A DNA stretch of 64,000 nt, taken from contig JAFSNB010000037.1 in the NCBI GenBank assembly GCA_017447625.1, positions 1,630-65,629 on the forward strand. The letters run 5' to 3'. This DNA comes from Bacteroidaceae bacterium (GTDB lineage: Bacteria > Bacteroidota > Bacteroidia > Bacteroidales > Bacteroidaceae). The position numbers were made by a program, and so were the translations under genes. Below the pieces are notes generated by a model. The model worked only from the letters and a program-made list of their open reading frames with translations. It ran no database searches and was not told where the DNA came from. This document shows positions 16,827 through 26,145 of the stretch, in pieces. How positions within the stretch are numbered: the stretch's first letter is position 1; every line of letters begins with the position of its first letter.

Positions 16827-19325
16827 TCACTTGAGCCGTATAATGTTCAGGGAGAAGGGTTGAGCGGCGAAGAGGAAGGGAGTGCCGACGCGCAGAGAGG
16901 TCTCTGTGGGAGACACGTTCATGGGGCGCTCCATCGTGTTCTCGTCCTTGCCGTTGCCGGAGGTGAGGCGGATAAGGCGTGCCGTAGTGGGTTTGAAGCC
17001 GCGGATGTCGATGTTGAGGGCGGCCGCCTCTGCGGTCGGGTTCACGAGTTTGATAATCATTTCGTCGTTGCCGTTCATCGCAGCTGCGGTGTATATATGC
17101 TGCGGCTCGGGCAGGGTGAAGTCAAACATCTGACTGCCATCCAAAGAGCAGGTTACGTGAGTGCCGCGCACCTCGATGTGAGCTTTGTAGGGGCGGCCGG
17201 TCTCAAGAGAGCCGCGCACGGCCTTGATGGTGCTTTTCGAGCCGGAAGAAATGTGCTCGATGGCGTGCTGACCATTGCCCCAGCCTCCGAGATTCCACCA
17301 TAGGTAGTTGTCTGCGTCCTCGTAACCAAACACTATGATTGCACCCTCGGCACCTTCCTTGCGGGTGAAGGTGAGGTCGATGGCGTAGTTGTTGCCAAAG
17401 CGTGTGGAGTTGAGGAATACAGAGCCTTCGCTGCGCTGGTCGTTCTGCGTGACGGAGCCTCCGCTCAGAGTCCAGTCGCCGAGGCTGCCGCGCTGTCCGG
17501 GCTGTGCTTTCCAGTCGGAAGAGAGGGCTACGGGTTTGCCGCTGTCGAGGTCTGTGATCCGGAAGTCGGAGTAAGAGACCTGAGTTCCCCAAGAGGAGAC
17601 GCCCATCTGATGTCCGATGCGTGCCGGCAACAGGTTGTTGTTGATGTCAAAGGCTATGTTTTGAGTTCCGACGTTGTTTGCCATCAGGTTCTGGACCCAA
17701 TAGGACGGAGTCCCGAAACTCTTGGCTGCGTTGAAACGTATCATGTCAGGCCTCCAGGCCTGATCCTCCTCGTGAACAAAGATGGGGGCGTAAGAAGCGT
17801 GAGCCACGATGTCGGCGTTGCGCTCCATTCCCAGCATGTAAATGGCCTCGCCGAGTCCGGCCGTGAGGTGGCCATTGGTGCCGAAGTCACTGGTGACAGC
17901 ATATTCGCCAACATAAATCTTCGGTCCCTTGCGGTCGTAGGAATCGTATTTGTGGTAACGCGCAGCGAACCAAGAGGGGCTGCGATAGTAATGCTCATCG
18001 AGCAGATCCACGGGCAGCTGACTGCGCCATGAAGGCTCGTCCGTTCCCCACGACTCCACGTTGCCGATGATCTGAACGTCGGGGTATTTCTTCTTTATGG
18101 CATCGTAGAACATCTTGTAGCGCTCGAAGTACTTATGGCTTTGGTCGCTGTTGTCGTCGAAGTGGAAGTTCGCGTTCTCGTTGCCCACTTCCAGCAGACG
18201 CAGGCCGAAGGGAGCCGGATGTCCGTTGCGGGCGCGCTCCTTGCCCCATTTGGTTTTCTTAGCGTCGCCGTTGGCATATTCGATAGCGTCAAGAGCCTCC
18301 TGGATATAGGGCTGCAGGCTGTCCAGAGGGACCATCCACCCGTGACCAAGACCCACGTTCACCACGAAGAGAGGCTCTGCGCCGAGGTCTTCGGAGAGTT
18401 GCAGCATCTCGTGGTAGCCAAGTCCGTCGCTCACGTTGTAGCGCCAGTTTACGTTCAGATGACCCGGACGCTGTTCGATAGGGCCAACGGTGTTTGACCA
18501 CACGAAACGGTTTTGTTTGCCGTTGCCTGCAGTCTGACCCTCGACATAGCAACCGCCTGGGAAGCGCATAAATCGCGGATGCAAATCAGCCAGAAGCTGT
18601 GCGAGGTCGGGGCGGCAGCCGTTGGGCCGGTCTTTGAAGGTAGGCGGGAAGAGGCTCACCACATCCATGAGGACAGTGCCCGGCTGGTCGAATGTGAGAT
18701 ACAGATTGGCCTGAGTGTCGGATTTCGCGGCCGTGATGTCTGCCTCCACCTTTGTCCATTTCCCTTTTGTCTTAACCTGAGTCTGAGCCGAGCCGAGAAT
18801 AACGTCGGCGTTATCGCTGTTGCGCAGAGAAACAGTCATCTTAGGCGTGTATTTCTTATCGGTCTTAACCCACGCAGAGAAATGGTATTTCTTTCCGGCC
18901 GTGACATTTATTCCCCAAAAGCCTTCGTTGCGTATGCCGCCGTCAGCCTTGCTGATAATCAGTTTCAGGGAGCGTGTCTGGGCGTTGTTCAGCAGGTTCG
19001 CGGAGTCGAGCATCATCTCTGCATCCACGGTGTGCCAACCGGTGATGGCATTGCGCGGGCCTGTGACTCTGCGGCCGTCGGGACGTACGCGACCACCGTG
19101 ACGGGGTGAGTTTGGTCCCCAAGCAACATCGTCCTCAAAAGAACGGTTGCGAACAAGCTCAGCATAGATGCCGCCGTCGCCTGCGTGGTTTATCTCCTCG
19201 AAGAAGATGCCGTAGAGATCGCCGATAGGAGCTCCTTTGCGTGATGCGTCGATGATAAGAGTCTGCTGCGCGCATACATCAAGTGTCAAGGCGAGCATGA
19301 AGAGGGAAATGAAAAGTTTGCGCAT
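16827..19325 (-). CDS. Alpha-L-arabinofuranosidase, GH51, with extra C-terminal lectin-like domain
   Basis: Has a signal peptide, GGIYAELVRNRSFE, LEVGNEN, and an additional roughly 250-aa beta-rich C-terminal region. Confidence 0.85.
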   Translation of the reverse strand: MRKLFISLFMLALTLDVCAQQTLIIDASRKGAPIGDLYGIFFEEINHAGDGGIYAELVRNRSFEDDVAWGPNSPRHGGRVRPDGRRVTGPRNAITGWHTVDAEMMLDSANLLNNAQTRSLKLIISKADGGIRNEGFWGINVTAGKKYHFSAWVKTDKKYTPKMTVSLRNSDNADVILGSAQTQVKTKGKWTKVEADITAAKSDTQANLYLTFDQPGTVLMDVVSLFPPTFKDRPNGCRPDLAQLLADLHPRFMRFPGGCYVEGQTAGNGKQNRFVWSNTVGPIEQRPGHLNVNWRYNVSDGLGYHEMLQLSEDLGAEPLFVVNVGLGHGWMVPLDSLQPYIQEALDAIEYANGDAKKTKWGKERARNGHPAPFGLRLLEVGNENANFHFDDNSDQSHKYFERYKMFYDAIKKKYPDVQIIGNVESWGTDEPSWRSQLPVDLLDEHYYRSPSWFAARYHKYDSYDRKGPKIYVGEYAVTSDFGTNGHLTAGLGEAIYMLGMERNADIVAHASYAPIFVHEEDQAWRPDMIRFNAAKSFGTPSYWVQNLMANNVGTQNIAFDINNNLLPARIGHQMGVSSWGTQVSYSDFRITDLDSGKPVALSSDWKAQPGQRGSLGDWTLSGGSVTQNDQRSEGSVFLNSTRFGNNYAIDLTFTRKEGAEGAIIVFGYEDADNYLWWNLGGWGNGQHAIEHISSGSKSTIKAVRGSLETGRPYKAHIEVRGTHVTCSLDGSQMFDFTLPEPQHIYTAAAMNGNDEMIIKLVNPTAEAAALNIDIRGFKPTTARLIRLTSGNGKDENTMERPMNVSPTETSLRVGTPFLFAAQPFSLNIIRLK

Positions 19326-19403
19326 AATAATATAATAATGTAATAATGTAAAATGTCAAATGTAAAAGCGGCCGTCCAATCGTAAATTATCTTCAATTTG
19401 GGG

Positions 19404-19411
19404 CAAAGGTA
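19404..19411 (-). promoter_or_regulatory. Bacteroidota -7 promoter box (TACCTTTG on minus strand) for GH51 gene 16827..19325
   Basis: The reverse complement of CAAAGGTA. Confidence 0.5.
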
Positions 19412-19475
19412 CAAAAAAGGCAGGGTTACGAACAACTTTTGCCCGCTTTTTTTTGTCAATCCCCGTCCTTTGCTG

Positions 19476-19483
19476 TATTTTTG
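19476..19483 (+). promoter_or_regulatory. Bacteroidota -7 promoter box TATTTTTG for the coiled-coil gene
   Basis: Matches TAnnTTTG 22 nt upstream of the ATG at 19505. Confidence 0.5.
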
Positions 19484-19504
19484 CGCTCTCAAAATAGAAA
19501 AAGT

Positions 19505-22195
19505 ATGCCTTTTATAGAAATAGAGAATGCCGAAGAAGCCACCAAACGATGGTGGATGGAACATTACGGAACTCCTCTTCCCGATGAAGTCCGCAGTTGG
19601 TTACGGAGTATGTCGCGTCAGGAGGCGCAGCGTGCTTTGCGCATGGAGCACATCATGGATGATGCGACTCTTGTGAAGACTCAGGAGAGCCGCCGCCTTG
19701 TAACTACCCGTTTGGCTAACGTGGAAGACCAGATATCACAGATTCACAAGCAACAGGAGTTGCTGCACCGGTTTGTACGCATCAACACCGAACTGCGCGA
19801 ACAGATGCAGAAGCTCTATGACGTGAACAAACGCAGAGCCTGTGTGCTGAGCGAAGAACGTGAACTGAATCGTTTTGAGACGTTCGAGGCCGTGAACGGT
19901 CGTTTCCAGCGTCTGCATATGCTCACTCGCACCATCAACGGGTCTCGCTCAGAGCAGAGCCGCCTTTCGGTTGAAGCAGAAGAGGCCCAACGACAGGCTG
20001 ACGACAAGGAGAAGGTTTTGAATATAGAGAAGCAGAAAGCTAAAGAACTGCAGGCAGAGGTGGAGCAGACAGCCCTCCTGCTGAGTGATAGCGAGCGTCT
20101 GCACGCCTCCATAGCAACTATGGAGACTTGTGAAGACGATTATTCAGAGCTGGACAACTCTCAGAGAATATACCTGCAGTCACTGCACAAGGAACTGCAG
20201 GAGCAGGAGGCAACGAAAGCGACCTTGCAGGAACAGTTGGATGAACTGCAAAAAGAACGTCAGATGTTGGAAGCGCACCACGAAATGATTATTCACGGCG
20301 ATGCCCTTCAGATACAGTTGGACGAGTTGCTTGCTGCCATGCAACTGCATGATGATCTGCAACAGCAGCTCGGAATAGCTGTGCGCCAACAGAATGAGCG
20401 CAATGAGCAACTAAGCCGACTCTTCACTGAAAGCCAGAACTTAGAGTCCAGTACGCAGACGATGAGGGAGGAAGTTGAAGCACACCGTAGAAGTATTGCA
20501 GGCCTTACCAGCTATGCGTTACAGAACCGTGTGATGGAACTTCGCAGTAGGCATCTGATGCTTGAGACCGCACTCTCACTATGGAAGAGCATTGCAGCCG
20601 GATTCGACCAAATAGAAACCAAGGAGCATCTTATCACCCAGATGCGTCTCGAAGCAGACCACCTGAACCGCACTATAGATTCACTTGACACAGAGGTGAG
20701 GTCGCTGTGTCGTCAGGCTGAAGAAAAAGAATATCATTGGACACTCTCCAAAAGTCAGAATGTAGTGTCTCTGCGCCAGGATCTTGAAGAGGCTGTTCCG
20801 TGTCCTGTATGCGGCGCAACCCACCACCCTTGGCACAGCGAAACCGTTACGCAGCAGAATGCGCTTATAGCCTCCATGAAAGCCGACTGTGAAATGTTAG
20901 AAGCGGAGGTCGGGGCAAAGAAGAAACAGCTTTTGGAACTGCAACTCAAACTGACATCTGTCCGGGGTAAGATTCAGACGGAGACCGAAAACATGGAAAT
21001 GCTGAAGGAACGTCAGAAGAAAGACACAGACGAATGGGGTACATTCAGTCAGCTGGACCGTTCCTTTACTGACTGCTCGCCGTCAACGAACCGTGAGGCC
21101 CGCACTGCGATGCTTCGGCAGCTGATAGAGAAAACCACCGTTGACGAGGAGACGGCCCAAAAGGACTTGAATATGTTCAACTTCCACATGGATGCCATCA
21201 GCCGGCTCGGAAGCGAGATTCAGAGCAAACAGCTAGAGGCAAACGACTTGGCTGTGCGCCTGAACGAACTGAACACCGCATGTCAGGTGATGGCAGGCCA
21301 GGTGGATCGCCTGAATAACCGCTTGGCAGCTGCGACTCAGGACTTCAGCCACAGATTTGATGCAGTCGATAATATTATTACAATTCCCGATTGGGTACGT
21401 ATGTGGAAAAGCTCATCTGAGAGTGTCAAACTGCGTATATCTGATATGGTAGAGAAATGGCGCTCTACGTCAGAAGGTATCAGTAATTTTGAGGCTCAGA
21501 TGATGAAGACACAGGCCCTCATTGAGATCCTGAACCGTGGAATAGCAAACATCACAACCACTATTACAGAGACGGAAGTCTTCTGGCGTAAGGCTGGAGA
21601 ACAGGTCTCTAAATGGAAGGACGCATCTCAGAAATTGTTCGAGGGCGGCGACGGACATATCAAATTCAGCCAGGCTTGCGATGCTTTGAAGGCACAACAG
21701 GATAAATGCAGAAGGGTAGAGGCTGATTATCTGCAATCTATCAGCCGTCTGGCGGACACAAAGGCTCAATATGCATTCATGGATTATCAGATTCACCGCG
21801 CTGAGACAATGTCGGCTTCAGAACAGCAAGAACTGGATGTCTGGATGCATAGCTACAACGCAAATAATCCTCCTGTACAAATGGGCGAATTGGAGCGACT
21901 GCTGGCTGACGGAAGAGACTGGACTGAACTGCGCAGCCAGATTCGTGCCATAGCGCTTGAACAGGCTCTCGTTCAGGCCCGTGTAGATGAACTCCGTGCG
22001 GAGATAATCGCGCTTCAGGCCGAAGGAATGCAGCCTGTGGCTGAAGACGGGCGGGCAGAGCAGGATTCACTTCAAGCCCAGCTGTTGGATTTGGAACGCC
22101 AGCGTCGTGATATATTGAAGCAGATTGCACATTATGATGAGTTGTTAGACGCTCATGAGAAGGCCCAAAATGCAGGACAAATATTAAATAATTAA
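19505..22195 (+). CDS. Long coiled-coil protein with central CxxC hook (SbcC/Rad50-arm-like) lacking ATPase head domains
   Basis: 896 aa from MPFIEIE. The sequence is almost entirely heptad-like and Q/E/L/R-rich. VPCPVCGATHHPWH sits near the middle. No Walker A, signature or Walker B motif was found. The start is placed after the -7 box. Confidence 0.7.
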   Translation: MPFIEIENAEEATKRWWMEHYGTPLPDEVRSWLRSMSRQEAQRALRMEHIMDDATLVKTQESRRLVTTRLANVEDQISQIHKQQELLHRFVRINTELREQMQKLYDVNKRRACVLSEERELNRFETFEAVNGRFQRLHMLTRTINGSRSEQSRLSVEAEEAQRQADDKEKVLNIEKQKAKELQAEVEQTALLLSDSERLHASIATMETCEDDYSELDNSQRIYLQSLHKELQEQEATKATLQEQLDELQKERQMLEAHHEMIIHGDALQIQLDELLAAMQLHDDLQQQLGIAVRQQNERNEQLSRLFTESQNLESSTQTMREEVEAHRRSIAGLTSYALQNRVMELRSRHLMLETALSLWKSIAAGFDQIETKEHLITQMRLEADHLNRTIDSLDTEVRSLCRQAEEKEYHWTLSKSQNVVSLRQDLEEAVPCPVCGATHHPWHSETVTQQNALIASMKADCEMLEAEVGAKKKQLLELQLKLTSVRGKIQTETENMEMLKERQKKDTDEWGTFSQLDRSFTDCSPSTNREARTAMLRQLIEKTTVDEETAQKDLNMFNFHMDAISRLGSEIQSKQLEANDLAVRLNELNTACQVMAGQVDRLNNRLAAATQDFSHRFDAVDNIITIPDWVRMWKSSSESVKLRISDMVEKWRSTSEGISNFEAQMMKTQALIEILNRGIANITTTITETEVFWRKAGEQVSKWKDASQKLFEGGDGHIKFSQACDALKAQQDKCRRVEADYLQSISRLADTKAQYAFMDYQIHRAETMSASEQQELDVWMHSYNANNPPVQMGELERLLADGRDWTELRSQIRAIALEQALVQARVDELRAEIIALQAEGMQPVAEDGRAEQDSLQAQLLDLERQRRDILKQIAHYDELLDAHEKAQNAGQILNN

Positions 22196-22245
22196 AAAAT
22201 ATCAAAAAAGCCGACAAAAGACTATGGCTGCTTTATTCTTTTTCA

Positions 22246-22253
22246 TAACTTTG
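22246..22253 (+). promoter_or_regulatory. Bacteroidota -7 promoter box TAACTTTG
   Basis: Matches TAnnTTTG about 50 nt upstream of 22305. Confidence 0.5.
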
Positions 22254-22304
22254 CGCCCAAATTAACAATCGAAGCAATCAACACTTTTACACAATCGCAC
22301 TATT

Positions 22305-22766
22305 ATGGAGAAATACAACTATCATCAGAAAAAGGAGAAAGTGGCAGCTTACCGCACATTGGTAAAGCCCGAGGTTATGGACGAAATCTATGAGCAGATC
22401 TTGAAAAAGATGGTTGTAGAGAAAAAGTACCGTGACCCCAATTACTCTGCAAAACTACTTGCCAACGAGATCGGCACTAACACACGTTACATCAGTGCAA
22501 CCGTGAATCTGCGATTTCAGATGAACTATTCTGAGCTCGTGAACGGTTACCGCATTCGTGATGCGATGTACATGCTCACAGACCGTCGCAACCGCAACAT
22601 GACGATGGGAGAGGTGGCTACGGCCGTTGGCTTCTCAAACCGTCAGTCGTTCTATTCGTCATTTTATCACATTCAAAAGCAGACTCCGAGAGAATACCAG
22701 ATGGCTTTCTTCGAGAAGATGAAGCAGGCTGGCAGAGAACCGAAGGAGAGTAAAGCAAAGGCGTAA
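22305..22766 (+). CDS. Small AraC-family helix-turn-helix protein (HTH_18 only)
   Basis: 153 aa. ANEIGTNTRYISATVN...MGEVATAVGFSNRQSFYSSFYHIQKQTPREY is a typical AraC double HTH. Confidence 0.75.
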   Translation: MEKYNYHQKKEKVAAYRTLVKPEVMDEIYEQILKKMVVEKKYRDPNYSAKLLANEIGTNTRYISATVNLRFQMNYSELVNGYRIRDAMYMLTDRRNRNMTMGEVATAVGFSNRQSFYSSFYHIQKQTPREYQMAFFEKMKQAGREPKESKAKA

Positions 22767-22770
22767 AACG

Positions 22771-24825
22771 ATGACACTAAAACGTTTTATCATTGTTATG
22801 ACATTATTTACCGCGGCTACTGCCCAAGAGGCAGTGGCCGAAACTTTTTCATATAATAACGAGCGTTTTGCAGACCTGCAAATGCTGAGATATCAAGTCT
22901 CCGGCTTTGAGAATTTGACGCTGAAACAGAAGAAACTGATTTATTATCTCAGCGAGGCTGCTCTCTGCGGGCGTGATATCCTTTGGGATCAGAACGGGCG
23001 TTACAACCTGCGTATCCGTCAGTTGCTTGAGAGCATCTATATCTCTTACAGCGGCGACCGCTCCACCACCGAGTGGCAGGCTTTCGTGACTTATCTGAAG
23101 CGCGTCTGGTTCAGCAACGGAATCCATCATCATTACGGCTGCGACAAGTTCCAGCCGGGATTCTCCGAGCAGTTCTTGCGCGAGGCTATCCGTCAGTCTG
23201 ACATGAGCCGCTTCCCGTTGGCTAAAGGCCAGACGATGGAGGCCTTCTGTGCTGAGCTCTTCCCTGTGATTTTCGACCCGGCGGTGATGCCCAAGCGTGT
23301 GAATCAGGCTGATGGCGAAGACCTCATCCTGACCAGTGCTGAGAATTATTACGGCGTTGGTGTCACACAGGCTGAGGCTGAGGAGTTCTACGGTAAGATG
23401 AAGGAAGCCGCTCCCGACCCGCAGCGTCCCGTGATGTTTGGGATGAACAGCCGTCTCGTGAAAGAAGGCGGCAAGATTAAGGAGCGGGTGTGGCGCAGCG
23501 GCGGTCTCTACGGAGAGGCCATAGACCGCATTGTCTTCTGGCTTCAGAAGGCTCGCACTGTGGCTGAGAGCGCCAAGCAGGAAGCTGTGATTGACAAGCT
23601 GATTGAAGTCTATCGCACAGGCGACCTCAAGGCTTTTGATGACTACACCATACTGTGGGTGAACAACACCGAGGACGATGTGGATTTCACCAATTATTTC
23701 ACAGAGAGCTACGGCGATCCGCTCGGGATGAAGGCCTCGTGGGAGGCTATTGCGAACTTCAAGGATCACGCTGCTACAGAACGCACACGCAAGCTGAGCT
23801 CCAACGCACAGTGGTTTGAGGACCATTCGCCCGTGGATCCGCGTTTCCGCAAGGACCGCGTGAAGGGCGTGTCTGCAAAAGTTATCGTGGCAGCAATCCT
23901 CGGCGGAGACCTCTATCCCAGCACAGCGATAGGCATCAACCTGCCAAACAGCAACTGGGTGCGAGCTGAACACGGTTCGAAGAGCGTGACCATCGGAAAC
24001 CTTACAGACGCCTACAACAAGGCGGCTCACGGAAACGGTTTCCAGGCGGAGTTCGTCATCGATGCCGAGACTCAGAAGAATATAGACGATTATGGCGACT
24101 ACTGCGACGACCTGCACACAGACCTTCATGAGTGTCTAGGCCACGGGAGCGGCAAGCTTCTACCCGGTGTTGATGTGGATTCGCTGAAGGCATACGGGAG
24201 CTCTATTGAGGAAGGGCGTGCCGACCTCTTTGCACTTTACTATCTGGCTGATCCCAAGCTGGTTGAGTTGGGCCTCCTGCCTAATGGCGATGCCTACAAG
24301 AGCCAGTATTACACATATCTGATGAATGGCCTAATGACACAGCTTGTGCGTATCGAGCCGGGCAAGAATGTCGAGGAGGCTCACATGCGTAACCGCTCTT
24401 TCATTGCCCACTGGGCTTTGGAGCAAGGTCGCGGCAAGGCGGCAGGCGGCGGCGATGTCGTTGCTCTCGTGAAACGCGATGGCAAGACTTACGTCAAGAT
24501 AAACGACTATAAAGCCCTGCGCGGTCTCTTTGGAACCCTCTTGGCTGAGGTTCAGCGAATCAAGAGCGAGGGTGATTTCGAGGCCGCACGTCAGCTCGTT
24601 GAGACTTACGGCGTTAAGGTCGATGCATCTCTTCATCAGGAGGTGCTTGCACGCTATAAAGCACTGAACATCGCTCCATACAAAGGATTCATCAATCCTC
24701 GCTACGAGGCGGTAACGGACAACAACGGCGAGATTACCGATGTGCGAATCTCCTACGACGAACATTACGATCAGCAGATGCTCCGTTACAGTAGGGAATA
24801 CAGCACCCTGCCGTTAGAGAATTAA
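22771..24825 (+). CDS. Dipeptidyl-peptidase III-like zinc peptidase, family M49
   Basis: HECLGHGSGK (the HExxGH motif) and EEGRADLFALYY (the second zinc motif), plus a signal peptide. The 684-aa length is typical of Bacteroidota DPP III. Confidence 0.85.
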   Translation: MTLKRFIIVMTLFTAATAQEAVAETFSYNNERFADLQMLRYQVSGFENLTLKQKKLIYYLSEAALCGRDILWDQNGRYNLRIRQLLESIYISYSGDRSTTEWQAFVTYLKRVWFSNGIHHHYGCDKFQPGFSEQFLREAIRQSDMSRFPLAKGQTMEAFCAELFPVIFDPAVMPKRVNQADGEDLILTSAENYYGVGVTQAEAEEFYGKMKEAAPDPQRPVMFGMNSRLVKEGGKIKERVWRSGGLYGEAIDRIVFWLQKARTVAESAKQEAVIDKLIEVYRTGDLKAFDDYTILWVNNTEDDVDFTNYFTESYGDPLGMKASWEAIANFKDHAATERTRKLSSNAQWFEDHSPVDPRFRKDRVKGVSAKVIVAAILGGDLYPSTAIGINLPNSNWVRAEHGSKSVTIGNLTDAYNKAAHGNGFQAEFVIDAETQKNIDDYGDYCDDLHTDLHECLGHGSGKLLPGVDVDSLKAYGSSIEEGRADLFALYYLADPKLVELGLLPNGDAYKSQYYTYLMNGLMTQLVRIEPGKNVEEAHMRNRSFIAHWALEQGRGKAAGGGDVVALVKRDGKTYVKINDYKALRGLFGTLLAEVQRIKSEGDFEAARQLVETYGVKVDASLHQEVLARYKALNIAPYKGFINPRYEAVTDNNGEITDVRISYDEHYDQQMLRYSREYSTLPLEN

Positions 24826-24834
24826 GGCCCCCTT

Positions 24835-24858
24835 AATGTTCAATGTTCAATGTTCAAT
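24835..24858. repeat. AATGTTC heptamer array (3.5 units) containing the start codon of the next gene
   Basis: AATGTTCAATGTTCAATGTTCAATG, read directly. Confidence 0.85.
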
Positions 24859-25419
24859 GAAATATTGAAAAATATCAAAGCCGACCTTCGCTCTGCGATG
24901 AACGGAGTGACTGCCGCCCGTATTCGTGAGAGCGGGATGGATTACCATCTGGTGTTTGGCGTTGAGTATCCGCGCTTGCAGTCTATAGCAGCCGCATACA
25001 CGCCCGACCGCCAGTTGGCACAAGCGCTCTGGCAGGAGGACGTGCGTGAGAGCCGCATCCTGGCAACGATGCTTATGCCCATAGAGGACTTCTTTCCGGA
25101 GTTGGCAGATCTGTGGGCTGAAAGTATAAAGCCCACGCAGGCCGAACTGGCAGGATTCCTCGTGGCGAATCTCCTCTGCCGCGCGCCTTATGCCTCTGAT
25201 AAGGCATTCGTGTGGATGGCAACGGACGACCCGGTCCTGCAGCTTCTCGGCTTCCTCCTCATCACCCGTTTGCTGAGGCAGGGTGCACAACTCTCGCCCG
25301 ACGCAGAAGCCGAGTTCTTGGATCAGGCAGAGGCCACACTCCCGTCGCCTTTCCTCCCGCTGCGCAAGGCGGTTCAGAATGCGCTTATGGCGCATCAAAA
25401 TGCAGAATGTAAAATGTAA
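24850..25419 (+). CDS. DNA alkylation repair (AlkD-like HEAT repeat) family protein, tentative
   Basis: 189 aa. The pattern GMDYHLVFGVEYPRLQSIAAAYTPDRQLAQALWQEDVRESRILATML resembles PF08713-type proteins. The last codons and the stop lie in an AAATGTA heptamer array. Confidence 0.5.
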   Translation: MFNEILKNIKADLRSAMNGVTAARIRESGMDYHLVFGVEYPRLQSIAAAYTPDRQLAQALWQEDVRESRILATMLMPIEDFFPELADLWAESIKPTQAELAGFLVANLLCRAPYASDKAFVWMATDDPVLQLLGFLLITRLLRQGAQLSPDAEAEFLDQAEATLPSPFLPLRKAVQNALMAHQNAECKM

Positions 25420-25518
25420 AATGCGGCAATCCGCAATGTAAAATATAAAATGTAGAATCACTTCTGCCCTCGCCCCTATAGGCAGTCCTCCCCACCAGGG
25501 GGGAGTTAGAGGGGGGCC
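25400..25518. repeat. AAATGTA-type heptamer array (about 25400-25460) followed by GC hairpin module (25467-25518)
   Basis: The heptamer part reads AATGTAAAATGTAAAATGCGGCAATCCGCAATGTAAAATATAAAATGTAGAATC. The hairpin part reads CCCTCGCCCCTATAGGCAGTCCTCCCCACCAGGGGGGAGTTAGAGGGGGGCC. Confidence 0.8.
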
Positions 25519-25525
25519 AATCACC

Positions 25526-26011
25526 TTGTCCGAACTTCAGAACATACAGAAAAATGTTGCCGAGCGATTGCAAACCTACTTGAAGGCGTGCAAGTTGCGG
25601 CAGACGCGTGAGCGTTTTGCCATTTTGGAGGCTATATATGACACCGAAGGGACGTTTACGGCAGAGAATCTGCAGGAAATAATGCTTCAGCGGAAATTCC
25701 CAGTGAGCATAGCCACGATATACTCGACAACACGTCTGTTGGTGCAGGCCAACCTGTTGCTGAGACATCCGTATAATTCGGCATCCGCCGTTTTTGAACG
25801 CATATTGGACTCGCGTCCGCGTACGTATCTTGTGTGTGACCATTGCGGCAGTGTCACACCGTTAAAGAATAAGGAGCTGGCATCTGTTTTTGAGACAACT
25901 CGCACCCCGCGTTTCACCTCGACACACCGCATAGCGTACATTTACGGTAACTGCTCCAAGTGCCAGCGCAGCCTTCGAGCTAAAAAGAAGGGTCAAAGTT
26001 CTAAAGCCTAA
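25526..26011 (+). CDS. fur: Fur-family transcriptional repressor
   Basis: Winged-helix region RFAILEAIYD...SIATIYSTTRLL and metal-site cysteines CDHCG...CSKC. An apparent TTG start, lying upstream of purA. Confidence 0.75.
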   Translation: MSELQNIQKNVAERLQTYLKACKLRQTRERFAILEAIYDTEGTFTAENLQEIMLQRKFPVSIATIYSTTRLLVQANLLLRHPYNSASAVFERILDSRPRTYLVCDHCGSVTPLKNKELASVFETTRTPRFTSTHRIAYIYGNCSKCQRSLRAKKKGQSSKA

Positions 26012-26145
26012 AGGCCCCCCATAATCCCCCGAAGGGGATGTGGGAAAGAGAAAAAGAGAAAAAATAAACGGCTGCAAAATCGTAAATAAACTCAATTGTA
26101 AATAAATCGTAAATAGTAAATAGTCAAATCGTAAATTTAATAGTG

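Noticed and set aside
22849-24129. 426-aa minus-strand ORF
   Set aside because: It is an antisense shadow of the M49 peptidase gene, which carries both zinc motifs. Similar antisense shadows were rejected at 28768..29625, 40024..40992, 47174..47989, 49185..49757, 61379..62305, 36815..37534 and 15989..16687.
24847-25524. 225-aa minus-strand ORF
   Set aside because: It is antisense to the AlkD-like gene and runs through heptamer and hairpin repeats. It has no motifs.
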